A DNA stretch of 64,000 bases from Candidatus Levyibacteriota bacterium (GTDB lineage: Bacteria; Patescibacteriota; Microgenomatia; Levybacterales; UBA12049). The stretch spans positions 181,529 through 245,528 of the forward strand of contig CAVRKE010000001.1 of NCBI GenBank assembly GCA_963722305.1, written 5' to 3'. The translations under genes and the position numbers were made by a program. The notes under the pieces are model-generated. The model was given only the letters and a program-made list of their open reading frames with translations. It was not told the DNA's origin and did not search any database. Below, in pieces: positions 58,724-64,000 of this stretch (positions within the stretch are counted from its first letter, which is position 1; the number at the start of each line of letters is the position of its first letter).

Positions 58724-59395
58724 TCCCTTGAGAATTTCCCGAAGGCTTGTTAAATCCGGTATTACAAACTTTGCTCCGGCAGCAATTAATTTTTTCTTTG
58801 ACAGCGACCCGATTCTGATAATATTTACCACACTACATTCATTTGTAATTCTGATATCTTCAGGGGTATCTCCTACAAACACTAGCTCTTGAAGAAACGT
58901 TTTATAATTTACCCCAAAGTGCCCTGCCGCTGTTTTAAAATGCGTAGGACCTTTTTTAAATTCCGGCTGACCGGGACGTATACCCATAAATAGATCCAGG
59001 TATTTAATTAGGCCCGTTCTTTCTAAATCGTTTTTAACTACTGTTTCTTGGTGATTGGAGGAAACAAATATTAAATATCCTTGTTCTTTTAATTGTTTTA
59101 TAACCCCCAATACTTCCGGAAATAATTCTCCCTTAATCGCCTTGCCTAAGCGGCTGGCGATTTCATTTCCTTTCTTAAATAACTCTGCTTTTGAAAAAGA
59201 AATATTATGTCGCTTAAGCGTCAAGGCAGGTTGCAAATAAGTTGGTTGGCCCGGAGCGACTACGGCAAAAATTTTCCTCGCTTCGTTTGCATCAATGCCG
59301 AAATCTTCGTGAATAATTTTTCCCCACCATCTTCTTTTGGCCGGTTCGACATCAAATAATGTTCCATCTTTATCAAAACCAATATACTTAATCAT
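58718..59395 (-). CDS. HAD-superfamily hydrolase
   Basis: Motif I FDKDGTLFD near the N-terminus and a C-terminal GD motif (FVGDTPEDI). Confidence 0.55.
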   Translation of the reverse strand: MIKYIGFDKDGTLFDVEPAKRRWWGKIIHEDFGIDANEARKIFAVVAPGQPTYLQPALTLKRHNISFSKAELFKKGNEIASRLGKAIKGELFPEVLGVIKQLKEQGYLIFVSSNHQETVVKNDLERTGLIKYLDLFMGIRPGQPEFKKGPTHFKTAAGHFGVNYKTFLQELVFVGDTPEDIRITNECSVVNIIRIGSLSKKKLIAAGAKFVIPDLTSLREILKGL

Positions 59396-59473
59396 CGCGA
59401 TAATGATACCAAACAATTTACTTATTGCCAATCTCGCCTTGCTGTATAACGTCGACTTGTTTATAATTAAATC

Positions 59474-60292
59474 ATGACCGCTTACATCTTCGATATTGAC
59501 GGAGTAATCACCGACCCGCAGAAAAGAACAATTACACGGCCAGAATTAGTCTTACGCATTATTAAAATTCTTCAAGACCAAAGTCCGATCGCGTTTATAA
59601 GCGGGAGAGCTCTGTCTTGGCTTAAAGAACGGGTAGTGAACGAATTTTATGAATATATCAAAAATAATAATTTAGACACCGGCATTCTTGACAATGTTTT
59701 TATTTCCGGTGAGTTTGGTGGAAGCTCACTTATTTTTGACCACGGACAGGAAAAACAAACGGTTAATCCCGATATACACTTGAGCGAAGAGCTTATACAA
59801 CAATTAACGGAAGCTAGCAAAAATTATTTGGATATAGTTTTTATTGATAAACATAAACAAACACAGTTCACTGTTGAAATGCAACCGAATTTAACCGTAG
59901 ATGAATTCGTGAAAAAAGAACGAGAAATTGCTGACATTTATAGAGACCTTGTCAAAAGATTAAGCCTCGAAAATTTAATTGAAGTACATGAAGACAGAAT
60001 CGCCATCAATGTTAAATATAAAACTTCCAACAAAATGTTTGCTACCAAAGAGTTTTTAAATTTGCTTAACAAAAGAGACATTAATCCGGATAGCTTTAAA
60101 GTTTTTGGAGATAGCGCATCGGATCTTGAGATTTGCGAGCAGTTAAAACAAACCAAATCAAAATTCGATTTGATTTATGTGGGAAATCCCAACGATATAA
60201 AAAATAAAACAGATTTTCCGATTATTTTTACACTGGAAAAATTTAGCAAAGAAACCGACGAGGGAACGTTAGAGTATTTAAAAGCCGAGTAA
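59474..60292 (+). CDS. HAD-IIB-like hydrolase
   Basis: Motif I IFDIDGVITD and a C-terminal FGDSASD. Confidence 0.5.
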   Translation: MTAYIFDIDGVITDPQKRTITRPELVLRIIKILQDQSPIAFISGRALSWLKERVVNEFYEYIKNNNLDTGILDNVFISGEFGGSSLIFDHGQEKQTVNPDIHLSEELIQQLTEASKNYLDIVFIDKHKQTQFTVEMQPNLTVDEFVKKEREIADIYRDLVKRLSLENLIEVHEDRIAINVKYKTSNKMFATKEFLNLLNKRDINPDSFKVFGDSASDLEICEQLKQTKSKFDLIYVGNPNDIKNKTDFPIIFTLEKFSKETDEGTLEYLKAE

Positions 60293-60406
60293 AAGTGCTA
60301 CAATAGCTCCTGCCCGCCAGGCAATTGCTCCATGAGCCGTATTCGAATCGAGTCTGACTCGACGAATAGAATTGAAAAGGCAAATGGCAGAATGCGGCGG
60401 GACGCA

Positions 60407-61609
60407 ATGAATTTGGCATTTCGTTTAAGGCCGCAAAATTTTTCGGAGTTTGTCGGACAAGAACACTTGGCCGGAGAACAGGCTATTCTTCGCCGGATTA
60501 TTCAGTCACAAACTCCGTTTTCCTTGATTCTTTGGGGGCCGCCGGGCAGTGGCAAGACTACTCTGGCCTACATTATTGCCAATGAACTGAATGCCGATTT
60601 TCACGCCATGTCGGCAGTCGAAGCCGGTAAAGCAGACCTGCATAAAATAATTGAGCAAGCAAAAGAAAATTTGCAGAAAGATATCCGAACCATTCTATTT
60701 ATTGACGAAATCCACCGCTGGAACAAAGCCCAGCAAGACGCGCTTTTACCTTATGTGGAAAACGGCACTTTGAATTTAATCGGAGCCACCACCGAAAACC
60801 CCTCATTTGAAGTGATTTCCGCACTTTTATCGCGTTCGAAAGTGTTGATTTTGAAGAGCTTAAGTTTTGAGCAGCTGGAAATAATTTTAGATAGGGCATT
60901 AAAAGACAAAACCAACGGTTTGGGAAAGTTAAAAAAGACACTTGATAAGGATGCCAGAGAACTCTTAATTAGACTTTCCGGCGGAGATGCCAGAATTATG
61001 CTTAATGCCTTGGAAATTGCCGCCAATACTTTTAAAACCCAAAAAATTACCACTGAAATTGTTAAGGAAGTTTTTCAAACCAAGTCAGCCGGGCTTTACG
61101 ATAAGAAAGCCGACGAACATTACAACATTATTTCCGCTTTTATCAAATCGATGCGGGGCAGTGACGTTGACGCCGCGCTTTATTACATGATGCGGATGTT
61201 GGAAAACGGCGAAGACCCCAAATTTATTGCCAGAAGAATGATAATTTTTGCCGCCGAAGATATTGGCATGGCAGATAGGGGAGCCCTAATTCAGGCCGAT
61301 GAAGCTTTCGAGGCGGTCAATAAAGTCGGCATGCCGGAAGCGCAATTGATTTTAACTTATGTTGTCATTTATCTTGCCAAAGCGCCAAAGTCACGGGCAG
61401 TGCCAAATGCCATGGCTAAAGCCAGGGAAGCAGTTTATGAATTTCCTAATGAAGCGGTCCCGTTGCACCTTCGCAATGCACCGACAAAATTGATGAAGAA
61501 AATTGGTTATGCTCGTGATTATTCGTGGGGCGAAAAATACGTCGGTCCAAAATCCAATCTGCCATTCTTACCAAAAAAGCTTGCCGGCCGCAAATTCTAC
61601 GATAAATAA
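60407..61609 (+). CDS. rarA: replication-associated recombination protein A (AAA+ ATPase)
   Basis: Walker A WGPPGSGKTTLA and the MgsA/RarA C-terminal helical domains. The start is taken at MNLAFRLRPQNF. Confidence 0.85.
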   Translation: MNLAFRLRPQNFSEFVGQEHLAGEQAILRRIIQSQTPFSLILWGPPGSGKTTLAYIIANELNADFHAMSAVEAGKADLHKIIEQAKENLQKDIRTILFIDEIHRWNKAQQDALLPYVENGTLNLIGATTENPSFEVISALLSRSKVLILKSLSFEQLEIILDRALKDKTNGLGKLKKTLDKDARELLIRLSGGDARIMLNALEIAANTFKTQKITTEIVKEVFQTKSAGLYDKKADEHYNIISAFIKSMRGSDVDAALYYMMRMLENGEDPKFIARRMIIFAAEDIGMADRGALIQADEAFEAVNKVGMPEAQLILTYVVIYLAKAPKSRAVPNAMAKAREAVYEFPNEAVPLHLRNAPTKLMKKIGYARDYSWGEKYVGPKSNLPFLPKKLAGRKFYDK

Positions 61610-61624
61610 ACCATCATTTTCTTC

Positions 61625-62020
61625 TTGAAAAGCAAAAAAATGTGGAGTAATATGAATAACATGGATGATACAAAATTGTTGGGAAAAATTGGCATATTAA
61701 TTGACGAAAAGCTTCTACCCCTTAAGAAACAACTTGATACTGTAGAAACAAAAGTGGGGGCTCTAGATGAAAAAGTGGGGGCTCTAGATGAAAAAGTGGG
61801 GGCTCTAGATGAAAAAGTGGGGGCTCTAGATGAAAAAGTGGGGGCTCTAGATGAAAAAGTTGAGTCATTGGATAGAAAAATTGAAATTGTAAACAACAAA
61901 ATTGATAAAGCGCAAGAAGAAACGATTGATACCCTTTCCGAACTAATTGCATCCGGATATAATAACCATGAACGAAGAATTAAAAGAATAGAAAATCACT
62001 TAGAACTTCCCCAAATTTAA
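61625..62020 (+). CDS. small coiled-coil protein containing a perfect heptad (VGALDEK) tandem repeat
   Basis: 131 aa with heptad periodicity throughout (LDTVETK, VGALDEK x5, VESLDRK, IEIVNNK). Confidence 0.4.
   Translation: MKSKKMWSNMNNMDDTKLLGKIGILIDEKLLPLKKQLDTVETKVGALDEKVGALDEKVGALDEKVGALDEKVGALDEKVESLDRKIEIVNNKIDKAQEETIDTLSELIASGYNNHERRIKRIENHLELPQI
61751..61876 (+). repeat. 21-bp tandem repeat (AAAGTGGGGGCTCTAGATGAA): 5 perfect copies plus 1 degenerate, in-frame within a coding region
   Basis: Read directly. Each unit carries an XbaI-like TCTAGA. Confidence 0.9.
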
Positions 62021-62093
62021 TAAGTAAAATTAGCGGGCCGTAAATTTTACGAAAAATAGGCTATAATTCCATGTCATGTTAAAATGAACTATT

Positions 62094-62432
62094 TTATCCA
62101 AGAATTCGTCCATGTAACCGAAGGCCTAATAATGCTCTTAATTCTACTGCTCTTAAAACTTTTGCTCCTAGTAATGTTCTGTATGCTACTCTTGCTGCCA
62201 GCGGATTGTTTATCGCTAATATAGCAAATGCTTCCGTAACTCCCGTTAGTTCGTGCTGTGGCGCATTAAGTATTTCAACTGCTAATTTTACAGACTCTCT
62301 TTGTACTTCTCTTCTCTGTCCTAAATCCTGTAAGCGTTCTGCTTTGGACATCATTCGTAACATATCATAAAAATTACCCTCCGCAATTGGATCATGATGT
62401 TCGGCTTTTATCCAACGTTCATTTCTGTACAT
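62094..62432 (-). CDS. hypothetical protein (GC-richer, Arg/Leu-rich)
   Basis: 112-aa ORF with composition atypical for this genome and no firm motif. Confidence 0.25.
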   Translation of the reverse strand: MYRNERWIKAEHHDPIAEGNFYDMLRMMSKAERLQDLGQRREVQRESVKLAVEILNAPQHELTGVTEAFAILAINNPLAARVAYRTLLGAKVLRAVELRALLGLRLHGRILG

Positions 62433-62568
62433 ATGGGTTGTATTATATATCCTTGAGGCAAGTTTTGTGGGTATTTTGGGTAGTTTAGCACACGATGTCA
62501 GGAGTTACTATAGCTCGCTCCAACTTCAGGAATTAGTATTTTACAGAACGGCGTTTGCGACTTTATAG

Positions 62569-63072
62569 TTACTCAGAAATCGCATTTACATAATTAACAC
62601 ATTTTTTCATTATTGGAAGAACATTTAATGCGTCATATTTCTTCTTTCCAGCAAACCACATATGTGGATTTTCTGTAACTGGAAACTTTTCTATTCTTTT
62701 AACTTCTTCCTTAAGAATATTTACAGATGTTACATCCAATGTCATGCCCTTCGTTAATTCATAAATATTTATATGCATATAGGGATTGCGAATGTTTTCA
62801 TTAAATTCAATAATATCTTCTTTCTGCGTTTTAGTTATAACCTTAGATTTTTCAAGTGCCCCAGCGAGAGGTCTGATTAGTAGTCCGGCAATGGGCTCCC
62901 ATTTTGCGTTTGGATCTGTTTTTTTACGCTCCTTATATACCCTTATTCTCATTGCATATTCTAAAAGCAGGATCGAGTGCATTATCGCGGATGAAAATAT
63001 TCCAAGCGTTAAACTATCTCTCATTTCTTCGTAAATTGACTGAAGTATAGCGCTACCTAAATCGTCCCTCAT
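62569..63072 (-). CDS. hypothetical protein with a HEPN-like R-x4-H motif
   Basis: 167 aa. IRNPYMH fits the HEPN Rx4-6H RNase motif inside a predicted all-helical protein. It lies downstream of an ImmA/IrrE-like gene. Confidence 0.3.
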   Translation of the reverse strand: MRDDLGSAILQSIYEEMRDSLTLGIFSSAIMHSILLLEYAMRIRVYKERKKTDPNAKWEPIAGLLIRPLAGALEKSKVITKTQKEDIIEFNENIRNPYMHINIYELTKGMTLDVTSVNILKEEVKRIEKFPVTENPHMWFAGKKKYDALNVLPIMKKCVNYVNAISE

Positions 63073-63086
63073 TTTTGGGATTGGTG

Positions 63087-63281
63087 TTACAGTTGAAGCG
63101 CGACTGCTCTTTTCCTTTTAAACAAATCCTCAATATATTCTTCATAGGTAATAAATCTTTCCTTTACCTTTTCTCCTTTATCATTCATTGTCTTAATCAT
63201 ATTTGGGTTTGCAACTATTACAGTCGCAATTTTTGTGGCTTCCGCAAGGTCTTTTTTAAATTTTATCGATTTGTTGTTCAT
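63087..63281 (-). CDS. hypothetical small protein
   Basis: 64-aa charged ORF between the ImmA-like gene and the HEPN-like gene. Confidence 0.2.
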   Translation of the reverse strand: MNNKSIKFKKDLAEATKIATVIVANPNMIKTMNDKGEKVKERFITYEEYIEDLFKRKRAVALQL

Positions 63282-63314
63282 TTTACTATTGAACGAGCCT
63301 CACAACTTTATAAA

Positions 63315-64000
63315 TTATCGCGAATACTTTTCATAAAATCTGAGCGTTTTAAGCCTTATATCCATTGCCTGCTCGCTCACTTGATATAGTTCTACAAGTT
63401 TTTGAATATTCAACCCAATCGTTGATAAATCTCTCTTTAAAAAATCTGCGGGCATTAATAATTCCGCAGAAAAAGCATCTGCCTCTCTTTCTTGTTGAAA
63501 GTGATGATTATAATATCTTGACTCGTCTTCAATGAATAGATTGTCTTCGTGTTGGTGTCCGTTAACAAAATGTCCAAATTCGTGTCCAATAGTATAACGC
63601 TGCAAGGCTAATGGATGATTTCTCATTGATACCAATTGCTCTTACTCCGGCTTCTATAAACACCATGCCTTTACGCTTATCTGGGAAGGGATAAGGGATT
63701 ATTGTAAAACCTAATAGTTTCGCGATTTTATTTAAGTCTACCGGGGCTTGCTTTATGGCTGTTGCTTTAAGGAGACTTTGAGCTTTTTCCCTGGTTCTGA
63801 AGCTGACATTTTCATTTGTCTTTTTGTTCTTTAGCAAGGTTGCGGGCAAGTGTTATAAAATCATTTGCAACTTTATCAGCTGCTTCTTTTTCTTTTGGAG
63901 TAATATCTTTTGCGTCTCTGCTCTGAACAAAGTAAGGCACATTTTTCGTTTCCGAATTTAGAAATTCCGTGATAGGCACACTAAAAAAAGCTGCAATAAC
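63315..64000 (-). pseudogene. XRE-linker plus ImmA/IrrE (DUF955) zinc-metallopeptidase gene disrupted by at least two frameshifts, continuing past the window edge
   Basis: Three consecutive minus-strand frames carry an XRE-type linker (...ITPKEKEAADKVANDFITLARNLAKEQKDK*), the ImmA N-part (VDLNKIAKLLGFTIIPYPFPDKRKGMVFIE) and the ImmA C-part with HExxH (YTIGHEFGHFVNGH). The frames overlap at 63562-63635 and around 63840. Confidence 0.55.

Noticed and set aside
61751-61876. Possible CRISPR array (regular 21-bp direct repeats)
   Set aside because: The units are contiguous with no spacers, only 21 bp long and in-frame coding. This is a protein-coding minisatellite, not a CRISPR array.
61597-61899. 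Minus-strand 100-aa ORF with an APTFSSR repeat across the 21-bp tandem array
   Set aside because: It is an alternative frame of the same tandem repeat. The plus-strand frame has consistent coiled-coil heptad logic and extends into unique sequence on both sides, whereas the minus frame runs into the rarA 3' end.

Overview
This 64-kb window is a compact, low-GC bacterial chromosomal segment (roughly 38-40% GC by eye, not computed). Gene content points to a Candidate Phyla Radiation / Patescibacteria-like organism, but that is inference from the streamlined architectures alone: a short 321-aa Obg, a 423-aa UvrC, an archaeal-type bifunctional PGI/PMI and many small ORFs. Housekeeping genes are pyrG, rplS, uvrB divergent from lexA, eno, a PEP-synthase-like gene, a PGI/PMI-cupin-PGM sugar-phosphate operon, obg, glmS, uvrA, uvrC, secG, rnhB, dinB, typA, rarA and a MacAB-like ABC exporter. 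There are four intact tRNAs: Lys-TTT, Glu-TTC, Arg-TCG and Lys-CTT. Accessory content: (1) an IS30-family insertion sequence with recognisable terminal inverted repeats; (2) a roughly 5-kb island at 21.6-26.5 kb with higher GC, bounded by tRNA-derived fragments, carrying a PLD/HKD nuclease, a MerR regulator, three oxidoreductases and a cupin; (3) two nested pairs of long-range inverted repeats, a 111-bp promoter/RBS/ATG cassette at 22.4 kb and 45.7 kb and a 41-bp tRNA-3'-end-like repeat at 26.5 kb and 43.2 kb, bracketing a segment that may be invertible; (4) a Fic-domain protein with a non-canonical motif; (5) a frameshifted XRE-ImmA/IrrE gene next to HEPN-like candidates at the right edge; (6) unusual fusion proteins, namely a 1111-aa flippase-like/DUF2079/alpha-beta-hydrolase fusion, an ATP-cone plus Mrr-like nuclease, a stand-alone triple topoisomerase-type zinc ribbon, and a PEP synthase lacking its phosphohistidine domain; and (7) a coiled-coil gene carrying five perfect 21-bp tandem repeats. 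No CRISPR array and no rRNA were seen. Coordinates derived by hand counting may be off by 1-2 nt.
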